64,000 bases of DNA, taken from positions 124,001-188,000 of the forward strand of contig JBJFYY010000020.1 in the NCBI GenBank assembly GCA_044892505.1. The letters run 5' to 3'. Position 1 is the stretch's first letter, and each line of letters begins with the position of its first letter. The notes below the pieces were generated by a model, which worked only from the letters and a program-made list of their open reading frames with translations, ran no database searches and had not been told where the DNA came from. Positions 1 to 12,294 of this stretch are shown in pieces. Source of the DNA: Schmidtea nova. Lineage: Eukaryota. A program made the translations under genes and the position numbers.

Positions 1-923
1 TTATTGGTCCACCAGTTGTTTCAATTTTATGTTCAATTAAATCAGTGCATCCAATATCCCACTTGTCAGCCATGAAAACACATTTATTTCTCTTGATAAT
101 TTCTAAAAGGAATTTATCTTCTTTTACTTTCAACTTCTCTATCGCATATTGGAATCTTTCTTCATTTGTAATATTCCTCCTAAATTTAGCATCAATTTCA
201 CATATACGTTCGTTATATATTATTTCATCCTCTTGAATCCATCTTAATTCAATACCGAATTGTTTCTGTAATTCTACACCTCCAATAACATCTGGGACAA
301 TGTTTTGGACTACAGTAAAGGTCACTATTTTTGTTAGTTTCCCTATCTTTACATCAATTTGAATTTTACCGATAGTCTCCAATTTACTGTCATTTGCACA
401 CCTTAGCATTTCATCTGTTTTTATTATCTCGACTTTGTCCAGTTTATCCAGTACCGCTTTAGACATAACATTAATTCGTGCTCCTGTATCTAACAGACAC
501 TCAATTCTGCGGCCCTGAATTTCAAGTGTTATACTTGGTCTACCTTGCATTTTATGATAAGTCATACGAGGTCTTCTCCATTCATCTTTTGTAAATATAT
601 TTTGTTCCACTTTATTCTTTATACTATCGGAAATTTCATTAATCCACATAATCTTATCTTCATTCATATCAAATGTCTTTTTTAGGAATCCATATACTTT
701 TTCTCCAGTTCTTTCATCGCTACACATTAGTTTTCTGTTTTCATTTTTCTGATCTATACTGCCACTTTTATAAACATTAAAATTAGTTTTATTATCAATA
801 TTATTACATAAATCTTTACTAACAAAATTAAAATTATTTACATTATTTAAATTATTTACATTATTCAAATTATTTACATTATTCAAATTATTTAAATTAT
901 TATAACCAGCATTTTCATCAAAA
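1..923 (-). mobile_element. Ty3/Gypsy retrotransposon, 3' portion: gag-pol linker and aspartic protease; interrupted at 923/924 by a nested LTR element and running off the window edge
   Basis: The minus strand near 476-540 reads EIQGRRIECLLDTGARINV (retropepsin DTG). Joining 923 to 14025 and removing one AAAA restores a continuous reading (LGNFDFDENAGYNNLNNLNNVN). Confidence 0.8.
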
Positions 924-2653
924 TGCTGGGTTTATGGGTGGGTTTTAAATAATTAATAATAAATAAATAAATAATAATTAAACAAATAATCATAACTAAG
1001 TATACTAGGGATGCCTCACCCATAACCATACATAAAAAACAAATCGTCTCACTCGCACGCCCCTAACTATTCCCTATCTAGTTAGGTTGGAACTGCGCGC
1101 GGTGGTTGAAAAATGATGGGCAGGTGAGCTCCATCGCTGGAACTACTCCCCATTTATTTTCACGGGTTCCCGCTGCCGCTAGAAGGTCTTACGCGTTATT
1201 CTCTCAATGTCTACGCTCAAATTCCTTAAAAAAATTAACAAACGTCTTTTAAATAGAGATTTTATTTAGCTACAAACTCCTTACGCTATATAAAACCCAA
1301 AATAATGCGCTGCACCTTAAAATTATATTTATTTATAAAAACTCTCGAAAATTTCCTTTACTCAAAATCACCGCTATGTCGTTGCATTGTTATGCGTAAC
1401 AAAATCTATTGATCAAGTTCGTCTTGCTAACATTTTAATTCTGAAATTAAATCACTACATAAGATGTAAAATTCCTGTAAAGCTCCAAAATTATCGCTGA
1501 AAAATGCGCAAACCTCAAAACCTATCGTTCAACACTCAAAAATCCTATCATTATATGAAACCCTCAAAATCTATCGCAATTTCCAAAACTATTCTCTATG
1601 TGCAACCATTCATTATGTGCAAACTCAAAAATATCCGAAAAAATCCCAGATACATAAATTATAAAAAGGTACAACCGTCGTGTGAAGCGACGAGGCTCCA
1701 CGATGACGACTATGTCTCCCTCGCCGCGTTAGCAGCCTAGGAAGCATAACTATGTAAATATTTTATATAATAACTACAATAATACTCATCATCGAATATT
1801 TATTTTCGGAAAAATTAGCCTCAAAACTTTACTAGGACCACTACTTAACAAATTACCCAACACATCTCACACAAAAATATTCAAATAACACAAAATTACC
1901 CGTTCGAAATCGATCCACACGACTGGCGAAATCAAAACCAAAATTTTGCTCTCAGTAAATTAATGCCAAGTAAGTTTAGATTGTGATTTTTCAGCGTCTA
2001 TTTATACTAATTTTACTGACGCTTAGATATTTTGTTATTAACATAATTTATTAACAATTTAAACTTACTTATTAGTTTTAATAAGTGAGCATTTATTAAT
2101 CTTTCATAAATTTAACTTTATAATTTGATTTATTTATTTCGAAAATATTTGTTTTTAATTCTATTAAATTAGGTGTGTATCCATTGTTTTATTGTGCATT
2201 TATTGATTAAAACAATTTATTTTTAAATCTATTTTCATTCCAATCTCTCTTAATTTTTGCGATATTTCAATAGGGATTTATTCTATAATTTTTAATAAAT
2301 TATTTTCTTTATTCTGATACTGATTTTATTCTTTGATCATGCTTTTCATAATCACTTTACAAGCACTGATCTTCCCCATTCAATTCTCATGCGGTCTTTC
2401 GTGTGTAAATCTGACCTGCACTCAAATTGTGTGCTCTCCTTTGAGATGCATCTTTTTATCGCTTTAACCCTATCTCGACAGACTTATAAGATGCAGTTCG
2501 TAAGACTACTATTGTACTTAACTGTTTTTATTTTCCCTTGCGTTATTTTACTGCTTAACGTCTTGTCGTTCGTTTCTTTTTGTTTCTCTTTGTATGTATT
2601 TATTTTTTAATAAATTTTAATAAAATTTTATTTTTGATTTCACCAGCCCAACA
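924..2653 (-). repeat. 3' LTR of the gag-only element (1730 bp)
   Basis: Direct repeat of 12295-14024 at a constant offset of 11371. About five substitutions were seen by eye. Imperfect terminal IR TGTTGGG/CCCAGCA on the minus strand. Confidence 0.93.
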
Positions 2654-4381
2654 ACACTCTGGGCCCGTTTAAATTGCGTCCCGCAATGTGATTAATTATA
2701 CAACATAAAATCTATTTCATCATTCTGTCATTACTCTTTACATTGAAGGAAAATAAATTAGATTACACCAATAAATATCAAAATTATAAGTATGCAAGAA
2801 TCATTCAAGGTGTTTGGTTTATACGTACAATCACAATAATTATTATTGTTTAATGCAACTGTTAGTTCATTTGTTGGATCCTTCGACTCGTTGTGGGTTT
2901 GTTTTTATCTAATGGGTTTATTTCGTTGATGGTTTCCAATTTCATATTTGATTTGATTTCTGAGTTAGGGTGGTATTGATTTTGGGTTTCTCCTTTCTCG
3001 GGTGTATCGAATTGTAGATTGACTTGAATGATTTCGGGGTTTTCTTTTTTCTTAGTCGGACGAACTGTTGGGTTGTTGATTGTATTCTCTTTAATGTTTT
3101 TGCTTGGAATGAAATCCTAGTGATTCGGGTGTAGATTAATAGTATGCTGAGGAGATGATTATGATGATGACGATGCTTCATCCTTTCGTTTGGCTTCTTT
3201 GGATTTGATAGATCTTTTAATAGTCTCTTTGTTCTCCTTCGATAATCTTTAGGTTTCTTGAATTTGTAGGGGTTGGGTTTTATCGCCTTCGTTTGGGATT
3301 GATCTCTCTTGGATCTTTGTCATTGATTCGGTAAGTCTTCGTTTGATTTGTGATTGCTCATTGGTTTCTTATTTTGATTGGGTTGAATTCGGTGTTTTTA
3401 CTATTAATTCTATTTTAAGGATTGTTGGGATAACGAGTTGATTCTCCTTGATTCTCTTTGATAAATATACCTTGCTACTTTGTACGTTCATTTACCATTA
3501 CGGTTTTATTCACATAAGCAATTTTCCATTATTTTATACAGATGTTCCTGAACCCAGTCTTTCTCCCTGCATTCCTCTGTTAAAATTCACATTCTTGTTT
3601 TATTTTCTCAAGGTGGTTAATTATTGCTTTCGTTCTTTCGTTCTTTGACGCATTTCTGTCTATTCTGACCCCATTTCCTGGCTGAAGCTTCTTGTCGAGT
3701 CTTTCTTCTTTTTGTTTTGTTTTCTCAATTTTGTTTCTGTCATGTTCATCAGGTTCTTGTAAGTTTCGGTAATTTTCTGGTCTCTTGATGTACTCTCTCT
3801 GTCTTTCTTTATTTCTTTAAAGTTCTATAATATACATACCCCTCGATACCACGACTGTTCTTTTTACTTCGTATTGACTAGCGTTTCTTAATTCCTTTCA
3901 TTTCTTTTCGTATCAAATTTCGTTTGGCTTCATTTTCAATTAGCTCAATTGATCCACCATTTCAAATACTTTCGTTTTGTCTGTCATATTGGTTTTTTGC
4001 TTTACTCTTATCGCGCCTGATGAGGTTTAATCTACCTTTGTATTCCGTTGTATTGATTAGTTTAATATAGTCTAATTTTAGGTTTTCTTTTCTAGATCTC
4101 TTTTCTGGCTCGATTTACCCATTTTCCTTTCTGATTTTCTTTGTCACCTTGTTTTATTTTTATTTTTTTTTTTTAAATTTTTGTTGTCTGGGTTTACAGT
4201 GAACTAGCTTGATGACTTCTTGATTTTTTGCTTATTGATTTTTGAAATACATATACATCGGGTTTACATATATCTGTTTCATTACTGGCATTTAAATTTC
4301 TTTGATTTCTACAAATAGTAATACCATATTGATACGTATACATTGAATTTGCTATTGACAATTTATCCACTTTATTTCTTT

Positions 4382-7075
4382 CTACACTTCCCTCTTCACT
4401 ACCTCATTGTTTGCGGTGAGAGCTTTTACGGTTTCTACATTTTTTGCAATTTCGACGTAATCTGATGCCGACTCTTGATAGTTTCGATTTTCCTTCTCTT
4501 CTAATCGAGTTATTACTGACATTAGTTGGTTTTGAGATCTGGTTATTATTTCCTTTTGTTTAATAATTTCTTGTTGATAAATGAGAGCTAATCGCATCAT
4601 ATTAGTAAATTGTGTCTCTTGACTTTTATTTTCTTTCATCAAGATTTTTTGTATTCTACTGAGATTGTTTACTTGCTTTTCCAACATGTGGACTCTATTA
4701 TTTTCCCATTTGTTTATGTTCCTCAACTGCTTTTGTTTTCCTTGATTTGCGTATTCCTTGTTGTTTTGATTAATTTTCGCCTGATTCCTTGCTATGGTAC
4801 ACTGGAATGCTAAATGTCCTCTTTGTCTGCATTGGTAACATATTTGTACATACTCATGAGTCACGTTGTTTCGTTTCTTCTTGTGATCGTTTTGAACAAT
4901 TTGATTTTCGTAATACCCTTCTACATGTTTGTTATTATTATTTATGAATTCGTATTGCTTCGTTTCTTTGGTTGTCTTTGACATAATTTTGTTACTGATT
5001 TTGTCCAGCTGATTTTGGTTTTCCTGTTGTTTCTTGCGATTCCGGCAATTTCTTGAAATGTGTCCTTTTTTCCCACAATTGTAACATCCTTGAATACCAC
5101 AAACTTTCTTTCCATGTCCTTTTCTTCCACATTTGGTACATATTTTGTTCTTGAAACAGCTGCTTTCTAAGTGTCCTTGTCTTTGGCAGCATTTACTCCA
5201 TTTGTCCTTTTTGTATAGATACTCTTCTTTTAGTTCTTGTTGGCCTTTCTTTTCCTTCTTTTCATTTTTGTTTCCTTCTGCGTTTCTGGTTTGTTCTTTT
5301 CTCTTTTCGACTTCTGTCATATCGTTTATTACTGACTGCTTGCTGTGTTTATTTCCCGTGACAAGTTGATCTATTGTTATCTTTCCCATTTCTTCGATTA
5401 TTTCGCTTTCAATTATGGTTTTTCTGTCCTGTTCTGTTTGATTCCTAGTTTCTATTTTTATTAGGATATTGATTCTTGGTTTATTCTTTTCTTTTTGTTT
5501 CCATAATTCTTCTATCTTTTGTGCACTATTACGTCTATTCGCCATTTTCAACGTATCTGCTTTTAGTAGTTCTTCCTTTATCTTCCTGCAATGTTCCTCG
5601 TTGTCACAGGCCTGCAATCCTCCTAATTTACTCCATGTGAATTCTTCTTGACGGGCTTCTTTGATTGTTGGCTTTTGTAGTTCTGATTGGCAACTGGTCA
5701 TCATGTTGATTCTCCCTATTTTTCTTGCTAGTTCATTTCCATTTTCTTTGAATTTCGCGGTTTCGTCCTTTTCATTTGTGACTGTTATCTGTTTGCGTAC
5801 TTCTTCAAATTGCTCCTTTCGTTCTTGGAATCTTCCTTGTAATATACGAGCTTCATCCGCATTTAGTTTGCTACCACGTTCTTCTCCTATTCTTGCTTCA
5901 TCTAATTGCAACTCTAGCCATTCTCGACGTTGTTTCTCTTGTGATGTTTCTTCTGTTAGTGTTGGTTCGATGAATGTAAGTTTGTTGATTTTTGGTTGTT
6001 GCGTTATTCTTGTCCTCTTTTTGATCACCTCATTTAGTCTTAAGATTTCTTGCATTAGTCTTATTTCTCTGTCATTCGGGTTGTTACTCAGACTATTGTT
6101 TTGATTATAGCTGTTTACTCCGTTTCCATTGGTCTGCTGGTTTCCTTGTAGATTATTTTTTGTCCCACATTTTTGTGCTATATGTCCTAATTTGCCACAA
6201 CTATAGCATCCCCGTATTCCACATATTTTCTCAGAATGTCCCCACATCTTGCACTTCTCGCAAAATTGATTTTTATAACACTCACTACTCGAATGTCCGG
6301 ATTTCCAACATTTTTAGCATTGTTTGGTGTTGTTCAAGGTGTTATTGTTTCTGGGGTTATTCTTGTTGTTGCCTCTATCGTCGTTATTTTCTTTCCTCGT
6401 TTGTCTGTTCCCAGTTCCTTGGTTTGATTTCTTTGGCTTAACTTGATTCCCTTCGTCTTCCGATTCGTTTGGTGTTACTGTTACGATTCTGATGTCGTTT
6501 ACTCCTATGTGTAACTCATATCTATTTGCAATTTCTAGCGCATCGTCAATTGTTAGGCATCCTTTACATCCCACTTGAGCTCGAATATCTGGCCTTCTCA
6601 ATCCTCGCACAAATATTGCTGTCATTAATTCTTCGTTTATAGGGTTTTCTCTGTTGAATGCTAGTTTGGATAATTTCCTTAGTTCGCTTGCGTATACCGC
6701 ATTTGACTCGTTCTTCCTCTGCCTTCTTGCTGAAAAATCATCGAATGCCTGGCTTAATACTTTGTTTATTCCGAATGTTTGTCGGAAGAATTCTTTTATT
6801 TCGTCCCAATTTTTAAATGGTTTGGTTCCTCCTTGGGCTTCTAGGTACAAGTCTAACGCACTGTCTCTAAGGTATAGTGGGATTCGACCGATTATTGTTT
6901 CTGGATCCCATCTATATACCTCGACGAATACACCAAATTCCTTTAAAAACGTTTCTAATCTACTAGCGTCTCCGTTGAATGGTTCGCCTTGAAATCTTTC
7001 TCGATATTCATTTCTCTTTTGTGCTATTGACGTTGCTGGTGTATCTGACTCATTTCCGTTTCTTTCGATATTCAT
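4382..7075 (-). CDS. Gag-like polyprotein (about 897 codons) with one in-frame TAA at 6314-6316; capsid-like domain, 7 CCHC-type zinc knuckles, coiled coils
   Basis: ORFs 6314..7075 and 4382..6247 are in the same frame. The stop falls inside the first knuckle (KQC*KCWKSGHSSSEC). The N-terminal part has FNGDASRLETFLKEF...IPLYLRDSALDLY...RQRKNESNAVYASELRKL (retrotransposon gag). Confidence 0.8.
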
Positions 7076-8460
7076 TTTCCTGTTTCTTGTTTCCTTGTTT
7101 CTTGTTTCCCTATTTGTTGTTTTATTCTCCGTATACTTTTCTGGTTGTTCAATTTGTGCTTAGCTTTTCCTAGAGTTATCTTCGATGCTGGTTTTTGTTG
7201 TCTTAAAATAGAATTGGGTGTTTATTGTAATTTCTCTGTTTTCTTTGATGCTTGATTCACTGTTTGTATTCTGGGTGTATTTATCGTTTGTTATTTGATA
7301 GGGTCTTTTTATTGATACTGATCGTGCTCTTTTAATTTTTTTTTTTTTCACTACGGATTTGTCTAATAATTGGTTAAATTTAGAACTGAGTCTGAATTTT
7401 TCTCTGTAAAGATTCTCAATGATGGCGAATTTCTTTCCTGATTTGGATTCCGATTTTGGTACGGTTACTCAATTTACCGTTGGCTTCTTTTTGACTTGGG
7501 TTTGTCCTCTTGAATTATGTTTTACTTGTTCTGTATCTGTAGCTTTCTGTTCGTTTGACTTGTTGGTTGTTGTTGACTTGAATTGGTTGCTTGGTTCGTT
7601 GTTTGATTGAAATCTACAAAAAAAAATACACTTTTAACCATTTGGGTGGCTGTCACCGCTCACCCAGTTCCTTCAAATAATTATTATTAAATAAATTCTG
7701 CTCTTTAGTTTTATCGAATATTTATGGGTATTTTATGGCTCGGTTATCTTTCTCCCTTGATTTTAGTCTATTCTATCTGTATTGCAATATTAATTGTTCT
7801 TTACCTGGTCGTAATTCATCTTAGACAATTCTTTTATTACCTTCATCACTTTGAACTTTTCAGTGTTTTGTTGCTTTTATTATTTTGGTAATTATGTTTC
7901 TTGTCACTTAATTCTCTAAATCGATGTAATTCTTTTGAATTATTCTATATCCTTGCTTCTTGTGGTCTTTATGTCCTTTCTTATGATATCTCGAATTCTC
8001 TCAAATTTAGTTGTTTTACTCTCGTCGTCTTCACTATTTTCTCTAGTCTATGATTCTTAGTTTATTGGTCTTAGGTTTTATTTCACACAATTATTATCTA
8101 CTCGTTCCTACAACTTTTACTTGCTCGTACAGCTTTGGTTTTAATTGTTTATAACACTTTTATTTTACTTGTTTATACCCCTTTTACTTGTTCGTTTTTT
8201 ACTCCGTTCTATCCTTTGTTATTTTACTTTAACTATGTATGCTGGTTTTTTTTAGTCAGTATTTAGACTACATCATCAGCTTGTCTCTCGTATCCTTTTA
8301 ATCCTCTGATGCGCACCTTTTAACTCTATGAAACTCTAATCGTCGACGACTTTATTTTCCTCAATCGCTATTACTATTTCTACTATCCGGATAGTTTTTA
8401 ATATGACTCTCTTTAATCTAATAATTTCTAAAATAAACCCTTAACCTCTTTCAAATTATT

Positions 8461-9470
8461 TTATGCCCCTTTTAATATATTGACGGCTATATGTCTCTTG
8501 GCCTCAATTTTATTTTATGTCCCTTTTAATATATTCATGGCTCTATATGTCCTTTGGCCTCAATTTTATTTTATGTCCCTTTTAATATATTCATGGCTCT
8601 ATATGTCCTTTGGCCTCAATTTTATTTTATGTCCCTTTTAATATATTCATGGCTCTATATGTCCTTTGGCCTCAATTTTATTTTATGTCCCTTTTAATAT
8701 ATTCATGGCTCTATATGTCCCTTGGCCTCAATTTTATTTTATGTCCCTTTTAATATATTCATGGCTCTATATGTCCTTTGGCCTCAATTTTATTTTATGT
8801 CCCTTTTAATATATTCATGGCTCTATATGTCCTTTGGCCTCAATTTTATTTTATGTCCCTTTTAATATATTCATGGCTCTATATGTCCCTTGGCCTCAAT
8901 TTTATTTTATGTCCCTTTTAATATATTCATGGCTCTATATGTCCTTTGGCCTCAATTTTATTTTATGTCCCTTTTAATATATTCATGGCTCTATATGTCC
9001 TTTGGCCTCAATTTTATTTTATGTCCCTTTTAATATATTCATGGCTCTATATGTCCCTTGGCCTCAATTTTATTTTATGTCCCTTTTAATATATTCATGG
9101 CTCTATATGTCCCTTGGCCTCAATTTTATTTTATGTCCCTTTTAATATATTCATGGCTCTATATGTCCCTTGGCCTCAATTTTATTTTATGCCCCTTTTA
9201 ATATATTGACGGCTATATGTCTCTTGGCCTCAATTTTATTTTATGTCCCTTTTAATATATTCATGGCTCTATATGTCCCTTGGCCTCAATTTTATTTTAT
9301 GTCCCTTTTAATATATTCATGGCTCTATATGTCCTTTGGCCTCAATTTTATTTTATGTCCCTTTTAATATATTCATGGCTCTATATGTCCCTTGGCCTCA
9401 ATTTTATTTTATGTCCCTTTTAATATATTCATGGCTCTATATGTCCCTTGGCCTCAATTTTATTTTATGT
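8461..9470. repeat. Minisatellite, 56-bp unit x18 (two 54-bp variant units)
   Basis: Unit TTATGTCCCTTTTAATATATTCATGGCTCTATATGTCC(T/C)TTGGCCTCAATTTTATT. Variant units start at 8461 and 9187 (726 = 54 + 12x56). Confidence 0.97.
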
Positions 9471-11359
9471 TTCTCACATGGCACACTGGCCCTATTTATC
9501 CTATTCTGAGTTGATTTTCCATTTATCTTATTCTAGACCGGTCTATTTATGGCCGTTAATTATCGGCAACTATATTTACTAATCTCAGTTGATTAATTCC
9601 TACTACCTCTATTCATTCTAACTTCTACAACGTCGTTTTATTCTGATTTTTCGGTATTCTCGTTTTTATGCTATCGTCTTTTATCGTTACTTAATTGTTA
9701 TTCATGCTAGCTAGCTTTTATTTCACTTTCCTTATTCGCTATATTTACCTGGTTCGTTTCAATTGTTACTTTTCCCTTGCTTTCTTGGTTCTGACAGCGC
9801 TGTTTCTACTGGTTTCAAATTCTCGTGATGTTTTATTAGTTTAATTTTATTCCTTGTAAGCTTACAGATTTTCTCTCTTGCTTCTATGATTTAACTATTC
9901 ACGGTGTATTTTTATATTACCTATTTTTATTGCGCACTTTTTATAATTTATATTCGTTATGGGATTTCCTTCACTTCCTGACTCCAGATAAGAGACAATC
10001 GCACTAGTCCATTCCAGAATCGTATGGTGATCAGTCACACGCAAGAATTTTCCAGCCTCTGCGATGGTACCCAGTCTCTCATCCTTCATCGAGGATGATC
10101 GGTAATTTCCAAATTATTATATCGTACTACCTTTGTGGTAGCTCAAAAATTCGTTTTACTATTACCTAACAAGCTATTCAACATACACTAAATTGAAAAT
10201 AATTGGTTCTATTCGAATGATTTGGTTCTAAATCTTTTCCTTTTTAATTTACCCATCTTTTAGTTTGATTTCCCTACCAGCCAGTCTTTATTCGGTTACT
10301 TTGTGATCTACTATCGTCTATCTTAATTTTGTTATCCCTTTTTTAAAATTTATTTTGTCTCTACCCCGTTATTTCTGGATTCTGTTTTGAGTTTAGCTCA
10401 TTTTTTTTAATTGTCCTTTTACACGATTTTACTTTTGCTTCCGTTCATTTCGTTTAATTTTTATTATTCGTCTCTGTTCGTAATGTTTACTGTTGTTTGT
10501 TTCCCCCGATTCCCCGGTCTTACTTTATTAGACCTGCTTTTCTTTCTCGTCGAATTTATCTTTCAAGTAGGCATGTCATCCGTTTTTTATAGTTTTAATT
10601 TCCGGTTAGCGTTTTCTTTTAATATTTTCTGTGGTGTTCTCTCCACGGTTTCCTCCAAATATCGTCCTCGACATAATGTTCGTTTTGTATTTGTTAACGT
10701 CATATATGTTGTTTGCAATTTATCTTTGATCTTGACTTTTTCTCTTTGAGTAACGTAGTTCTCGTCCGATAAGTTTTCAGCTTGTGTATTTTCCCTGGTT
10801 ATTTACTACTTTTAGAGCTTTTACTTTAGCTTGGTTCGACTTTACCTCTTGATTTACTACTAACTTCCTTATAACTTTCATATTTTTCGCAAACAAACGT
10901 CTTTATCCATTTACATTAGTTGTTTTTATATTTACTTTACTTTTGGCTTTATATCGGTTATTTCTTTCGTTTTATTCAATCATACTTCCTTTCCCACCTT
11001 TCTCCATTCAAACGTTCCTCTATGCGAATCTTTCAACAAATTCTAAGCACTTATCCTTTATTCACTCACATTTTTCTATCTGTTAATGGTTTTTCTCACA
11101 AAAGCCAGATCAAAACATAATACTTTGCACTAATTGCATTCCATTTGCTGATTTCGACATAATTTCTGTAACGACGCTGTATTTCTTTTTCCAATATTTG
11201 CTCTAGCAACTACAAAATTTGATTTATTCCTTGTTTTTCGTTTCATTATAGCTTTGAACGTTAATCATTGTCTTTCCGCTTAAATTTTCGGCGGGTCCTA
11301 TTCATTCTAACAAGATGAGTATTTTCCGTTTTCGGGCATTATTCATTGTTAGTCAATGC

Positions 11360-11880
11360 ATATTTTCAATTTTGACGTTAATTACTGCAATATTTCCTAT
11401 ATTTCCGATTTTGATTTTTTTTTTCACTGTACTGCAACACATTCTTTTTATTTTGATGTTGTTCACTGAAATATTACATATCTTATCGCTTTTGATATTA
11501 TTCACTGATATGTCACGTATCTTTTCGATTTCGATGATATTCATTGACACGCAATATACATTTTCGCCTTTGGTGTTATTTGTTGAAGCTCCTCATTAAA
11601 TTTCGATTTTATTGGTTGATATACAATCCTTTTCCAACTTTTGATGTTAATCACTGAAATATGTTCGTTCTCATTACTTTCGATGCAGTACAATTTTGTT
11701 TCGTCAGTTTTGATGTTATTCACAGTCATATTATGCATTTTAAATATTTTAATATTATTCATTGTCATATCACAAATTTTACCTATTTTTATGTTATTCA
11801 TCGTCATATCAACTATTTTATCTATTTTGATGTTAATCATTGTACTACTATTTATTTTACAGAATTTGCTGTTATTCACT
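11360..11880 (-). repeat. Degenerate approx. 39-bp (13-codon) tandem repeat
   Basis: The minus-strand ORFs read NIKIDKIVDMTMN/NIKIGKICDMTMN/NIKIFKMHNMTVN. Related units occur at about 46920-47035. Confidence 0.6.
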
Positions 11881-12270
11881 GCAATCTAACCATCCGTTTT
11901 TAGGTATAATTTAATGTCTGCTTGTTCTACCATTAATTCATTGTAACACGAATCATCCTACTAAATTCAACGACATTCATACCATACAGCTCTTAATATT
12001 TGTTTTGTACTGTAATTTACTGTTAACTTATTCAACTATCAATCTGAATGCTATTCATTATCCTTACAATGTTATTACTTGCCTAGTCACTCCCCATCGA
12101 CTATTGCTTCGCTTTCCTTAATATAATCACTTTCATCTCGCGGGAGAACGCACTCTTTTTCATTTTATTTTTATTTTTACCCATAAAAATCGCTATCAAT
12201 TCCGGCTAATTATGCACGACAAAACTCTTTCTTTATGTTTGTTTTTCACTTTCCCCATAAAACTACTTTC

Positions 12271-12288
12271 ATCCCGACTGAGCCCCCA
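12271..12288 (-). promoter_or_regulatory. Primer-binding site, tRNA-Pro-like
   Basis: Minus strand TGGGGGCTCAGTCGGGAT, 6 nt inside the 5' LTR; 15/18 match to the canonical tRNA-Pro PBS TGGGGGCTCGTCCGGGAT. Confidence 0.8.
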
Positions 12289-12294
12289 AATTTA

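Noticed and set aside
1504-2610. ORFs 1504..1740 and 2389..2610 (and their twins 12875..13111 and 13760..13981) as genes
   Set aside because: They recur only because they lie in the LTRs; short, low-complexity and with no motifs.
5133-7173. Plus-strand hydrophobic ORFs antisense to gag (and similar ones at 44986-47008)
   Set aside because: Shadow ORFs produced by the A-rich minus-strand coding bias.
8461-9470. CRISPR-like array
   Set aside because: Units are contiguous and near-identical with no unique spacers, there are no cas genes and the context is eukaryotic; it is a minisatellite.
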